Shown: in pieces, positions 19,567 through 30,634 of the stretch
Numbering within the stretch: position 1 is the stretch's first letter
How the letters are laid out: the number at the start of each line of letters is the position of its first letter
Source of the DNA: Candidatus Latescibacterota bacterium
GTDB lineage: Bacteria > Latescibacterota > UBA2968 > UBA8231
Direction of reading: 5' to 3'
NCBI GenBank assembly: GCA_965243025.1
Contig: CBDETY010000003.1
Coordinates: 5,568,001 to 5,632,000, forward strand
DNA length: 64,000 nt
The notes under the pieces: model-generated
Told to the model about the DNA's origin: nothing
Database searches by the model: none
Seen by the model: only the letters and a program-made list of their open reading frames with translations
Position numbers and translations under genes: made by a program

Positions 19567-22181
19567 GTGCCTTCGCGCGCCGGGCCGGGAAGGAAACCGG
19601 GACGGGAGGGGGTGCGGCCGCGCCGGGATGCGGGCAAGGGGAGGCGGGGACCGGACTCTTTCAGCCAGGCAGGGAACCTGAAGCTCTACGCCACAGGCGG
19701 CGGCCTGGGTCTGCTCGCACTGCTGCTGTTCGTCCACCAGTACACGACCATGGCCCGGTTCGCGGTCATACCCCCCGGCTTGCGGTTCACCAGTTTTTCG
19801 AAATACCTGTCGATCATCTTCGAAAGAATCGAGTTCGCCCCGCTGGACTACGCCCTGCTCGCCGCGACAGCCGGCCTGTTCCTGGCGCTGTTGGTCGCCG
19901 AACACCGCGGCGGCTGCCTGAGCGCCCTGCTGCGCTCGGTCTTCACCAGGGAAGGCAGGACCATCGCCCTGCTCGGGGCCGCCGGTTTCGTTGCGGTCCG
20001 GTTTTACCTCGGCTCCGGTCATTTCCCGTGGGGGGGAGATCAGCCGCAGCACATTTGCTTCTCTCACATGGCCTCCCGCTCGATTGCGGAGGGGGAGCTG
20101 CCGATCTGGACGAACTACCTCGGCACGGGTACGCCGTACCTGCAGTTCTACGGCTTCCTGTTCTTCTATCTGACAGGGCTCGTCGATCAGCTCTGGACCG
20201 ACATTTTCGCCTCGTTGAAAGCGGTGATGGCGGTCCTGCACGCTGCTTCCGGTTTGGCGATGTACCTGCTCGCGCGCACCGTGACCGGCTCGCGGGTGGC
20301 CGGCTTTATCGCCGGCCTGGCCTACGTGCTGAGCTTCTGGCATACCCAGCAGGTCATCATCATGGGCCGCTTTCCGCTGTCGCTCTTCTACGCCCTGCTG
20401 CCCCTGCCCTTCTACTTCTTCGAGCGCCTGTCGAGCCCCGGTCTCGCGGGGCACAGGGAGAGACTGGCGAGCAGTCTGGCAGGCGGAATCTGCCTGGGAG
20501 CCCTGGCCCTGACTCACCCGGGCTACGCCTTCTGGGCAACCGTGCTGCTGGGCCTGTACATCGGCTTGCGGCTGGTGCTGGAGACCCCGGCCGGCGAGCG
20601 TCCCGGGTTGGCCGGATGGTCCGCGGTTCTCCTTGCCGGCGGCCTGGTATTCGGGGGGTACCTGACTCTGCCGATGTGGCTCGAGCGCGACCATACGGGA
20701 CTCTACCGAGGCCTGGATCTCTCGGGGATACCGGCACCGACCTGGCAGCACGTGCTGGCCTGGTCGAACTACCGCTTCTGGGCGATTCTCCCGCCCGGCC
20801 TCGTCAAGGGCAACTGGTACGGCGGGTACCTCGGACTGACGCTGGTAATCGTCGTCGCGGCCGGGGCGGCCGTCTCCTTCCTCAGCCGCTCCCGCAAGCT
20901 GATTCTGCGCTCCTTGCCGGCCCTCTGCTGTCTCGTTCTGACGGTCCTCATCGTCTTCGGATACCACTGGCCGCTTTTCGAGTCCATTCCCATCGTGAAG
21001 ATGATGGGGGCGGGCCGCTACCTGTTGTTCACCGTTTTCTTTCTCGCCCTTGCCTCCGGGCCGGCGGCACAGGCTCTGATGGTCCTTCTGCGGCCCAGGC
21101 GCTGGAGGGTTCCGGTTTCGACGCTGATCCTGTGCGGAATCGCGGTCGACCTCGGGCCGGCGACGTTTCAGCAAGTGTATTTTGCCGGAGACCTGGGAGC
21201 CGGCATGTTCCCGCAAATCCGCGCGCAGGCCGACTCCCTGGATGCCCGCGGACAGTTGCCGAACTTCCGGGTCCTCTGGAACGGCTCAAAACGGGGCGAG
21301 AACTTGCTGAAAGGGCAACTGTATTTCGACACGCGTGCCCGAGGCCGGGTTCGTTCCACCCCGGGAGATCCAGGCCAGCGGTCGACTTCGTAAAACCGGT
21401 CGACCGATACCTGTCGAAGCTGGTCGAGATGGGTTATTTCGCGATTGACGACAGCATCGATGCCGCCCTGCAGGGACAGTTCCCCGAAACCCTTTTCGGG
21501 CGCAACCACGGGGGTATCGTTCTGGCAGGGCTCACCATGATGGATGTCAGGTATCACATTCTGTCAAATCGCGACGAGCAGGTAAGCATCGGTGACCTGG
21601 GCGCAACCGGGTCCCATGGCCCGGTGCTGGTGTCTTCGAAGATCGAGCCGTTTCCCCGCCGGGGGCTCGACCAGCTCGTCGCCAGCGGCGAACCATTCAG
21701 CGCCATGGAGTCCGAGGGAGTCGACTCCGGTTTCACGAAGATGCTCACCGATTCCTACCACGCCCTGTTCCTGGTGGCCAACACAGGTGTCGATCCTGCA
21801 ACCCGGGTGTGCGAGCGGATCTACGTGCCCGGATCCGAGGGCCGGGAGCTGGGGACCAACCCGGCCGTCGAGGTCCTCGAGCACACGGTGCGCATGCAGC
21901 GGGTCGACCTGAAACTGCGGGTCAGCGAGGCCTGCTTCGCCCGCCTGGCCTACTCGTACTTTCCGCATCTGCGCGTCACCGTCGACGGCCGCGAGGCCGC
22001 CCCCCTGCGCACGGCAGGGGGATTCATGGCGGTGCAACTGGAAGCCGGGGAGCACGACCTGACCCTGGAGGCGGAGCTGTCGCCGCTGCGGCGCGGCCTG
22101 CTCGCCGTCAACCTGCTCTACATGGCGGCAACGGCGTGCCTGTTCGTCGACAACAGGCGGAGGAAGCGGCAACTCCGATAA
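19567..22181 (+). pseudogene. YfhO-like/GT-C-type membrane protein, frameshifted near 21340 (possibly a sequencing error)
   Basis: WTNYLGTGTPYLQFY and GYLG motifs in ORF 19567..21393. Continuation in the 20028..22181 frame carries a YfhO-type tail (AYSYFPHLRVTVDG...GFMAV). Start uncertain. Confidence 0.65.
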
Positions 22182-22245
22182 AACCGTGGGCGGACCCGGG
22201 ACTGCGGAAGAGCATCCTCCCGGCCGCGGCTTCTGAAGCGAGGCC

Positions 22246-24212
22246 CTACCAGTCGTGGACCCGGTGGCCCTCTACCGGAAACCAGATGACGTCGACCACC
22301 CCTGAAAGCACCACCGCCGCCACGTAGCCGATCCCCATGCGTAGAAGAACGGCTTGCCGGCGCGGTAGGCGCGCACGCCGCCGTAGCGGAGCAGGAGGAG
22401 CTTGGCGATCCAGACGAGAAAGAGGCTGAACCAGTAGATGCTGGTTCCGGCGGTGTGCTGGAACGCCAGCCCCATCGGGTGCAGCGGGAACCAGTAGTAG
22501 CGGGCGCGCAGGAAGGCGAGCGCCCCCGCCTCGAAGAAGCCGGTGAGCCAGATGCCCCACTTGCCGGGATCGAACACCCGCGGGTTCTGGATCAGGTGGG
22601 TGGTCTGGTCGTAGATCATCTTGAAGGCGAGCATCAGGTGGGTGGTGCCGCCGTGCTCGTAGGCGGTCTCGAGGCTGGCCCAGACCGCGACCAGGAAGCC
22701 GGTGGGAAAGGCGACGAGCACCGCGGCGATCACCCGGCCCGGCTGCTCCCGCAGCGGGAAGATCCGGAAGTGGTGGGGCAGGGCCGGCCACGCCGGCAGG
22801 CGGATGTTCCCGAAGAAGGCGTTACCCGTGAACATCTTGAAGGCCACCACCTGCTGCGGCGAGAGCCGCGACGACCCGATCAGGTCGGTTATCAGGGACT
22901 CTCCCTTGGCGTGCGCCCAGTTCGGCATCAGGTAGGGAAACCCGGTGGCCGCTATCAGCTTGACGATCACGAAGAAGGAGACCGCCATGGCGCAGAAGGC
23001 GATCACGGCCACCGGCAGGCTGGCGCCGAGGTGGACCCCCCAGGCGACGACGGCGGCTCCCGAAAGCACCAGCCCGGCCGCGGCGACGCGGTAGCGCCGC
23101 ACGTCGGCCCGGTCCCCCTCGCCGCGGCGCACCTGGCCCCACACCTCCTTCAGGTGCCGGCGCGCCACCCAGACGGACCAGACGGCGACGAAGACCATGG
23201 CGCCGTAGCTCTCCATCGACAGGATCTCCGCCCCGCGCATCTGCTGGCCCGACTCCCCGATCTCGAAGCCGACGGCGTCGAGGGCTCCCAGCTTGACGAC
23301 CGACAGCAGGTAGAACAGCACGAGGCTGCCGAGTATGTCGAGCGGGCACAGGTAGGTCACCGCGAGAACGAACGGCAGAACGCGGAAGCTCAGTCCCGGG
23401 AACGGCTGCGGCAGGGTTATACCCATCTGCCGGGTGTAGAGGATGAACTCCGGCAGGCCGAAGAAGAAGAAGGTGGCGACGTTGTAGAGCAGCGGCAGGA
23501 AGACGAGGCCGAACCCTCCCCAGAAGAGCCGGGAGCGGAACAGGTCCGGCATGCGCCCGGGGCCGTCGAACCCCCGGGTCATGTCCAGCGGCATCTGCGC
23601 CAGCGGAAAGCTCAGTTTCTCCGCATCTACCCACTGGCGCTGGAAGAGGATCACGAGGCAGATGCCGAACAGCAGCATGGCCCCCGAGGCCGCCAGCCAC
23701 TGCGCCGTCACCGAGATCCACCCGTCCCAGGGCAGCGGGGCCCCCTGGGGCAGCCCCATCCAGAAGTTGCCGATAACCCGGGGAGTCGCCTCCGGCAGGG
23801 CGTGCCAGGGCAGGTAGGGCAGCAGCAGGTCCGCCCACTGGTTCTCGGGGGTGGCCATGTAACCGGGGGCGGCGACGATGGCGATCCAGTAGTCGCTCCA
23901 GCCCCACTGCGGCAGCGCCCCGACGATCCAGAGCATGCTGAAGACGGTCAGCAGTTCCCCCCGGGTCAGGGCGAGGCGGGGCCACAGGCGCTTGAGGAGG
24001 ACGTTGACGAACAGCCACATCACGAACGGCATCAGCGCCACCATCGGGAACTGCGAGCGCACGTAGCTGCCCGAGCCCGAGGTGTGCCCCACCATCAGGA
24101 TGAGATAGGTGAACTGGCCGGCGATGGTCAGGGCGCCGACGAGGATGCCGCGCAGGGTGATGCGCAGGCTGGCCTTCTCGTCGGCGTCCCGCGGGCGGGT
24201 CTCTTCAGTCAC
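22246..24212 (-). CDS. DUF6785/DUF6784-like membrane protein (copy C), frameshift near 22340
   Basis: EKLSFP and WFPLHPMG motifs. One added G restores KPFFYGMGIGYVAA, with stop at 22246. Confidence 0.7.
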
Positions 24213-24338
24213 GGGACAAGTGCAATCGAGGGTCTCGTTGCATAGATTGGCGGGCCGCCCCGGTACCGGGTGCGGGCGGGAGCGGGTTCCGTTTCCGTCC
24301 CGGCGGTCCCGATGGGCAGATACATGACCGGAGGATGC

Positions 24339-25448
24339 ATGCCGAAGAATACAGTACTTGAACCGGGGGTTCCCGCTGAAGCCGGCCTCTCCGCCGGGGG
24401 CCTGGAGCGGGCCGCCGGCCTGCTGCAGTCCGCCCTGGAGGAGAAGGCGGTCACGGCCGCGGCGATCGCGGTCGCAAGAAAGGGAAAGCTGGTGCTTTCG
24501 CAGGGGTTCGGCCACCTGCAGCCGCGCGCGGGCTCCCCGGAGGTGCAGCCGGATTCGATCTTCCTGCTCGCCTCGATCAGCAAGCCGGTGGCGGCCTGCA
24601 GCGTCATGCAGGTCGTCGACCGCGGCCTCGTCTCCCTCGACGACCCCGTCAATCTCCACATCCCCGAGTTCATCGGCTGGGAGCGGGCCAAGGTCCGCGT
24701 CTCCCACCTGCTGTCCCATGTCTCGGGGATGCCGGACATGCTCCCGGAGAACGTCCCCCTGCGGCGGGCGCACGCGCCGCTGAGCGCCTTCGTCGAGGGG
24801 GCGATTCGGACGCGGCTGCTCTACGAGCCGGGGACCTCGTTCCGCTACCAGAGCAAGGGGATCCTGCTGGCCGCCGAGATCGTCGAGCGCGTCACCGGCG
24901 AGCGCCTGCGCGATTTCCAGGAGCGCGAGCTGTTCGCGCCGCTCGGGATGAAGCGCAGCGCCCTCGGGCTCGGCGGCTTCGCCATCCCCGACACGGTCTG
25001 GTGCGGCACCACCATGGAGGAGGGGGACGAGGCGAAGAGCTGGGGGCAGAACAGCCCCTACTGGCGCGACCAGGGCCACCCCTGGGGCGGCATGCACAGC
25101 TCGGGGACCGACCTCGCGGTCCTGCTCCAGACCGTCCTCAACGGCGGCTCCTGCGGCGGCGCCGAGGTCTTCAGCCCGGCCGCCTGCGCGGCGATGACCG
25201 CGGACCGGAACGGGCATCTCGACGCCCCCTGGGGCCTCGGCTGGGCGCTGCGCGACTCACACGTCTGGAGCTTCTTCGGCGAGGTGGTGTCGGAGCGCAC
25301 CTTCGGGCACGTCGGCGCCACCGGGACCGTGGCTTGGGCCGATCCGGAGCGCGACCTCATCTGCGTCGTGCTGACCAACCAGATGGTGGCCGGCGGCAGC
25401 CTGCTGAGGCGGGTGTCGAACGCGGTCGCGGCGGCCGTGGTCGACTGA
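24339..25448 (+). CDS. Serine hydrolase, beta-lactamase class C-like family
   Basis: SISK (SxxK), LLSHVSG, FRYQS and FGHVG motifs. Confidence 0.9.
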   Translation: MPKNTVLEPGVPAEAGLSAGGLERAAGLLQSALEEKAVTAAAIAVARKGKLVLSQGFGHLQPRAGSPEVQPDSIFLLASISKPVAACSVMQVVDRGLVSLDDPVNLHIPEFIGWERAKVRVSHLLSHVSGMPDMLPENVPLRRAHAPLSAFVEGAIRTRLLYEPGTSFRYQSKGILLAAEIVERVTGERLRDFQERELFAPLGMKRSALGLGGFAIPDTVWCGTTMEEGDEAKSWGQNSPYWRDQGHPWGGMHSSGTDLAVLLQTVLNGGSCGGAEVFSPAACAAMTADRNGHLDAPWGLGWALRDSHVWSFFGEVVSERTFGHVGATGTVAWADPERDLICVVLTNQMVAGGSLLRRVSNAVAAAVVD

Positions 25449-26422
25449 TGTCCGCGGCCCTTCCCGAGTGCACCCTCGGGTCCACCGGTATCACCACCAC
25501 GGCCCTGGGAATCGGCGGTTACATCGGCGAGCTCGAGCATCCCGGCGCCACCGCGGCCGAGCGCCGGGACGCCGCCGTCGCCGCGGTGCAGAGGGCCGCC
25601 GGGCTCGGCATCCGCTACTTCGACACCTCCCCGGCGTACGGGTCCGACGGCGGGGCCCAGAAACTGCTCGGCCTCGGGCTGCGCAGCCTGACTCAAGAAC
25701 AGCGGGCAGGGGTCACCCTGTCGACCAAGGCCGGCACCCATCCCGAACGCCATCACCGCTACGACCGCGACTCCATCCTCTGGTCGGTCGACGAGAGCTT
25801 CCGGCTGCTGTTCCGCGACCACGTCGAGGTTTTGCTGGTGCACGACCCGGACGGCCACGAGCACATGGACGAGGCGCTCGCGTCCGGGGGAGCCGTCGAG
25901 GCCCTCGAGGAGCTCAAGGAGCAGGGGGCAATCAGGGCCATCGGGCTGGGGGTGCAGAGCCACGCCCTGCAGCGGCGCGCCATCGACAGCGGCCGCTTCG
26001 ACGTCATCCTGCCTTCGTACGACTACCACCTGACCCGCACCAGCGCCGCCCCCCTGCTGCGGGAGGCGGCCGCCAGGGGGATCGGCGTCATCAACGCCTC
26101 CCCCTACAACTCCGGCATTCTCGCCGGGCTGCACCCGTCGGAATCGGCGAAACGCCGCGGCGGGTCCCCCACCGACCTCGAGGCCGCCGCCAGGGTCTGG
26201 GACTGGTGCCGCGAGCGCGAGGTCGACATCGGCGCCCTCGCCGTGCAGTTCAGCTTCCGCTGCCCCGACGTCGACGCCACCCTCGTCGGCCCGCGCACCG
26301 CCGCCGAGGTCGAGGAGAACGTGCGCCACGCGACCGCGGAGATCCCCGCGGAAGTCTGGGAGGAGTTCGAGCCTTTCCAGGCGACCCTGCCCGGAATGCA
26401 GCAGGCAGGGCGGACGCCCTGA
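25448..26422 (+). CDS. Aldo/keto reductase
   Basis: FDTSPAYG, STKAG and VHDP motifs. TGATG coupling. Confidence 0.9.
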   Translation: MSAALPECTLGSTGITTTALGIGGYIGELEHPGATAAERRDAAVAAVQRAAGLGIRYFDTSPAYGSDGGAQKLLGLGLRSLTQEQRAGVTLSTKAGTHPERHHRYDRDSILWSVDESFRLLFRDHVEVLLVHDPDGHEHMDEALASGGAVEALEELKEQGAIRAIGLGVQSHALQRRAIDSGRFDVILPSYDYHLTRTSAAPLLREAAARGIGVINASPYNSGILAGLHPSESAKRRGGSPTDLEAAARVWDWCREREVDIGALAVQFSFRCPDVDATLVGPRTAAEVEENVRHATAEIPAEVWEEFEPFQATLPGMQQAGRTP

Positions 26423-26550
26423 TCCTCGCCGTGTCCCCTTTGTCCGGGGACGGCGCCCGCCCTGCGGCGCGCCAGGCAGGGATGAGCGGGGACCCAAATG
26501 CATGAGAACCGCCCGGACGGGCCGGGAGGTCTGGCGCCGGAGCTTGTGGA

Positions 26551-27645
26551 ATGAGAATCACCGGCTTCGACATCCACGAGGTCGCCGTCGACGGGCGCCA
26601 GAGCTGGGTCTTCGTGCAGGTGCACGCCGGCGACGGAATAAGCGGCCTGGGGGAGATGAACCCATCGGCGCCGCGGCGGGCCTGCCTCGACGCGGTGCGG
26701 GAGATCGGGGAAGCGCTGCAGGGCCGCGACCCGCGGCGGATAGCGGAGATCGCCGCCTTCCTCGAGCCGGAGAAGCTCGACCGCCCCGGGATGCACGCCT
26801 TCAGCGCCGTCGAGCAGGCCCTCTGGGACATTCTCGGCAAGAGCCTGGGAAAACCGGTTCACGCCCTCTTCGGGGAGCGCATTCACCGGGAGATCCCGGT
26901 GTACGCCAACATCACCCGGGGCACCCGGGAGCTGACCCCCCAGGCGTTCGCGCGCAGCGCCGCCGGGGCCGCGGCGGACGGCTTCGCGGCGATGAAGCTG
27001 GCCCCGTTCGGAGGGGAGCCGATGAAGCGGGACCGGGCCGCGGCCGTCGCCAACGGCATCGAGTGCGCCCGGGCGGTGCGCGCAGCCATCGGCCCGGACG
27101 CCGACCTGATGCTCGACTGCTACGGGATCTTCAGCGCCGGCGAGGCCCTCCAGATCGCCCGCGGGGTCGCCGACCTCGGCCTCTACTGGCTCGAGGAGCC
27201 GGTGGCCGAGGACGACGTCGAGGGGTACCGCCGGGTAAAGGGGGAGACCGGCCTGCGGCTCGCCGGGGGGGAGCGCTTCATGTTCCGCCGGGGGTTCCGC
27301 CCGGCCCTGGATGCGGAGCTGTTCGACGTGGCGATGCCGGACGCGACCATAGCCGGTGGGGCCGGCGAGCTGTGGGAGGTGGCCGGCATGGCCGCGGACC
27401 GGGGGATGGCCACGGCGCCGCACGGACCGTTCGGGCCGGTGCTGACCGCGGTGCAGGCCCAGGTGATGGCGGCGCAGCCGTCTTTCCTGGTCCTCGAGCA
27501 CGCCTGGGGGCAGGTGCCGTGGCGGGAGGACCTGGTGCACCCGCGCGAAACCGTTCGGGACGGCCGGCTGCTGCTGCCCGGTGGGCCCGGTTACGGCATC
27601 GAGCTGAACCTCGAGGAGGTGTCGGCGCGCGTTCTGCGCGCCTGA
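26551..27645 (+). CDS. Mandelate racemase/muconate lactonizing enzyme family protein
   Basis: ALWDILGK, WLEEP, GGE and PGYGIE motifs. Confidence 0.9.
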   Translation: MRITGFDIHEVAVDGRQSWVFVQVHAGDGISGLGEMNPSAPRRACLDAVREIGEALQGRDPRRIAEIAAFLEPEKLDRPGMHAFSAVEQALWDILGKSLGKPVHALFGERIHREIPVYANITRGTRELTPQAFARSAAGAAADGFAAMKLAPFGGEPMKRDRAAAVANGIECARAVRAAIGPDADLMLDCYGIFSAGEALQIARGVADLGLYWLEEPVAEDDVEGYRRVKGETGLRLAGGERFMFRRGFRPALDAELFDVAMPDATIAGGAGELWEVAGMAADRGMATAPHGPFGPVLTAVQAQVMAAQPSFLVLEHAWGQVPWREDLVHPRETVRDGRLLLPGGPGYGIELNLEEVSARVLRA

Positions 27646-27736
27646 TCGCCAGCGGATTGCCCGGCCCCGGCTTCGGGGCGAGTTTCACCGCTGCCAGCCA
27701 GTGCGGATTTCCCAATACACCGAACAAGGAGACGAC

Positions 27737-28360
27737 ATGAAGGTAGTAGCAGTCGGATGCGAGTACTCCGGGGTGAGCACCCTGATCGACCGCATCTACG
27801 CCTGGGGCCGGGAGCGGGGGATCAACCACCACCTCGACGACCACTTCACCATCCCGGACCCCTTCCATCTCGACGAGGAAGAGCAGCGGGCCATGCTCGA
27901 CATGCTTCCCGGGATCAAGGAGCGCTTCCAGCGCTTCCAGATCGTCTATCACATACGCCTGCTGTACCGCTACGAGCACATCCTGATGGGGGGCTTCCAC
28001 ATCGAGGAGGCGGTCTACGGACCGCGCTACTACTACCCCGGGACCAACGTCGAGGTCCGCGAGTACGAGCCCGACATGCCCGACGACGTGATCCTCGTGC
28101 ACCTGCACGCGCGCCCCGAGGTGATCCGCGGCCGCGGCGAGAGCGATCCCCACCCGCACCAGATGGTGCCGGCCGCCGACGTCGAGGAGGTGCTCGAGCA
28201 GTTCCGCAGCGAGTTCGGGCAGTCCTGGATCCGCCGCAAGTTCTCCATCGACACCTCCGACCTGACCCCGGACGAGCTGCTCGAGCAGTTCCTCGAGCGC
28301 TCGATCCCCCACCTGAACCCCACCGACGCCCTCACCCGGGTACAACTCGGAGGGAGCTGA
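27737..28360 (+). CDS. Hypothetical NMP-kinase-fold protein with degenerate P-loop
   Basis: AAGGAG RBS. GCEYSGVST at N-terminus, LHARPEVI and IDTS motifs. Confidence 0.65.
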   Translation: MKVVAVGCEYSGVSTLIDRIYAWGRERGINHHLDDHFTIPDPFHLDEEEQRAMLDMLPGIKERFQRFQIVYHIRLLYRYEHILMGGFHIEEAVYGPRYYYPGTNVEVREYEPDMPDDVILVHLHARPEVIRGRGESDPHPHQMVPAADVEEVLEQFRSEFGQSWIRRKFSIDTSDLTPDELLEQFLERSIPHLNPTDALTRVQLGGS

Positions 28361-28361
28361 A

Positions 28362-29504
28362 ATGAAGATCGTCGACATCGGAGCCGTCCTCCTGCAACCG
28401 ATGCCCTGGGTGCTGGTCAAGGTGCGCACCGACGAGGGGATCACCGGCATCGGCGAGGCCTACCACGGGGCCGGCGTCCACCACATCGCCGTCGACGAGC
28501 GCCTCACGCAGCGCGCCCTCATCGGCCAGGATCCGCGCAACGTCGACAGGCTCTTCCGCGACATGAAGAGCTCGATGTCGGCATCGGGGTATTACCAGGG
28601 GGCGGTGATGAGCGCCATCAGCGGCATCGAGATGGCCCTGTGGGACATCGCCGGGCAGGCCCTCGGCGTTCCGATCTGGCAACTGCTCGGGGGGGCCTGG
28701 CGCGACTCCATCCGTGTCTACAACGACTGCCACGCCGGTGACGAGGACGACAATCCCGAATCCTGGGCAGCCAAGGCCAGGGCCGTGGAGGCGCGCGGCT
28801 TCGACGCCATCAAGTTCGACATCGACCCGCGCCCCGACCGGCGCGACCGCTACAACCGCACCATGAGCAACCGCGACATCGCCTTCCACATCGAGGTGGT
28901 CACGGCGATCCGCGAGGCGCTCGATCCGAACACGGACCTGCTGATCGACGCCCACTGGGCCTACGCCCCCCACGACATCCTCAAGGTCGCCTACGCCTTC
29001 GAGGAGCTGGACCTGATGTGGCTGGAAGACCCGATTCCCGCCGAGAACGTCGCCGCCCTGAAGGAAGTGAAGGCGGCTACGCGGGTGCCGATCTGCACCG
29101 GCGAGAACCTGTACACGCGGCACGGGTTCCGCGAGCTGGTCGAGACCCAGGCGACCGACATCATCTCCCCCGACCTCGCCAAGGCGGGCGGGCTGTCGGA
29201 AGGGCGGCGCATCGCCGACCTCGCCGACATCTACTACATGCCGATCTCCCCCCACAACATCTGCGGGCCGATCGGCACGATGGCCATGGCCCACGCCTGC
29301 GCCGCTTCCCCCAACTTCCAGGTCCTCGAGTTCCACCACCTCGACAACGAGGTCTGGAACAGCCTGACGGTGGAGCGCGACCTGATCGTCGACGGGCACA
29401 TCCCCCTGCCGCGCGCTCCCGGTCTCGGCGTCACCCTCGACGAGGAGGCGGCGCGCCGCGCGGCGCGCGAGGACCTGGGGTTCTTCGATGAGGAGGGCGG
29501 GTAG
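28362..29504 (+). CDS. Mandelate racemase family (galactonate dehydratase-like)
   Basis: SGIEMALWD, KFD, WLEDP, TGEN and PHN motifs. Confidence 0.9.
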   Translation: MKIVDIGAVLLQPMPWVLVKVRTDEGITGIGEAYHGAGVHHIAVDERLTQRALIGQDPRNVDRLFRDMKSSMSASGYYQGAVMSAISGIEMALWDIAGQALGVPIWQLLGGAWRDSIRVYNDCHAGDEDDNPESWAAKARAVEARGFDAIKFDIDPRPDRRDRYNRTMSNRDIAFHIEVVTAIREALDPNTDLLIDAHWAYAPHDILKVAYAFEELDLMWLEDPIPAENVAALKEVKAATRVPICTGENLYTRHGFRELVETQATDIISPDLAKAGGLSEGRRIADLADIYYMPISPHNICGPIGTMAMAHACAASPNFQVLEFHHLDNEVWNSLTVERDLIVDGHIPLPRAPGLGVTLDEEAARRAAREDLGFFDEEGG

Positions 29505-29571
29505 GGAGAGGCTGGTGCCCGCCTTCGAGTTGGCTGGAAATCACTCCGCCGGGGGGCTGCCGCCCCTGAAT

Positions 29572-29608
29572 GAAAAGGGCCGGTCCCGCAGATTGACCGG
29601 CCCTTTTC
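29572..29608. terminator. Bidirectional intrinsic terminator
   Basis: GAAAAGGGCCGGTC-N9-GACCGGCCCTTTTC, a 14-bp stem between convergent genes. Confidence 0.75.
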
Positions 29609-29691
29609 CATGCCCTGACCCTGATCCTGCGTAGTACTCACGGGTTCGGTAATTCAGTGAAGGGACTCAAGCCAGGGAGTCCGCTTCGAGC

Positions 29692-30603
29692 TCATGGAAC
29701 CGTGGGGCTCCGCGGAGACTCCTCCACTTCCCGGGCATCCCGCCCCAAGGGGTACGGCTTCCCGGGGGAAGGAGACACGGGGAAGCGGACCATCAGGCCG
29801 CCGTTCGCGAACAGGCCACCGAGCTGGAATTCCCGGGAAATCCCCGAGGTAGTCCAGGACTTGTCGAGGTGACGGTAACGGAACTCTCCGAAGAGAACGG
29901 CATTTCGGTCCTCCCGAAGGGAGAAAAAGGCCGGAAAGTTGGCGCGCACCCCGAGGGAGAGCGGGAAGGCGGATCTGCCGTCGAGATGGCTGGAGCGCAG
30001 AGCACCCGTCGAATTGCGGCGGCGAAGCTCGCCGCCGACGCGGGCGAAACCTGCCCCGGCCACCAGTTCAAGGCGCAAGCCGGGCTGGGAGAAGAGGAGG
30101 CGGTGGCCGGTCAGCTCCAGGGCCGTGACGGAGTGGCGGGCGCCGTCGGCGAGATCTCCGAACCGGGACTCGACCTCGAAGGCGACCACCGACAGACCGG
30201 CGCGGCGGCTGTCGGAGAGGCGGTGCACGAAACCGATTTCCCCAAGGCGGAAGCCGCCGAGTTTCCGAGCCCACCCGGCGCTCGACCGCAGATGGAGGCT
30301 GCGCGTCCAGTGAAACCAGGTTTTGTTTTGCAGGCGGCGCAGATGTTGAAGGAGAAGGCCTTCGGAGGGGCTTTGGGGCGGGTAGCGAAGAGGGTGCGGC
30401 AGGGGATTTACTTCGGTGGCCGGAAGGGTGAACGGCCCTTCTCCGGGAGCGGGCGCTTCAGGCGCCTGGCGCTCGACGGAATCCTGAACAGCAACAATGC
30501 TGTCCTGCTTCAGCGACCGGGAGGTCTGCTATTCAGAGGAAAATCCGGCAGCTTCGATCTGAAAAGCCGCGAGCAGCAGGGGGATGAAGAGGAACCGGAT
30601 CAT
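29692..30603 (-). pseudogene. Putative secreted outer-membrane beta-barrel protein with in-frame TAG at 30529-30531
   Basis: MIRFLFIPLLLAAF signal peptide, TAG at codon 25, then an open frame continuous with ORF 29692..30228 carrying amphipathic beta strands. Confidence 0.55.
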
Positions 30604-30634
30604 GCCCTTGGCGGGATCCCGCACCAGGTGAGGC

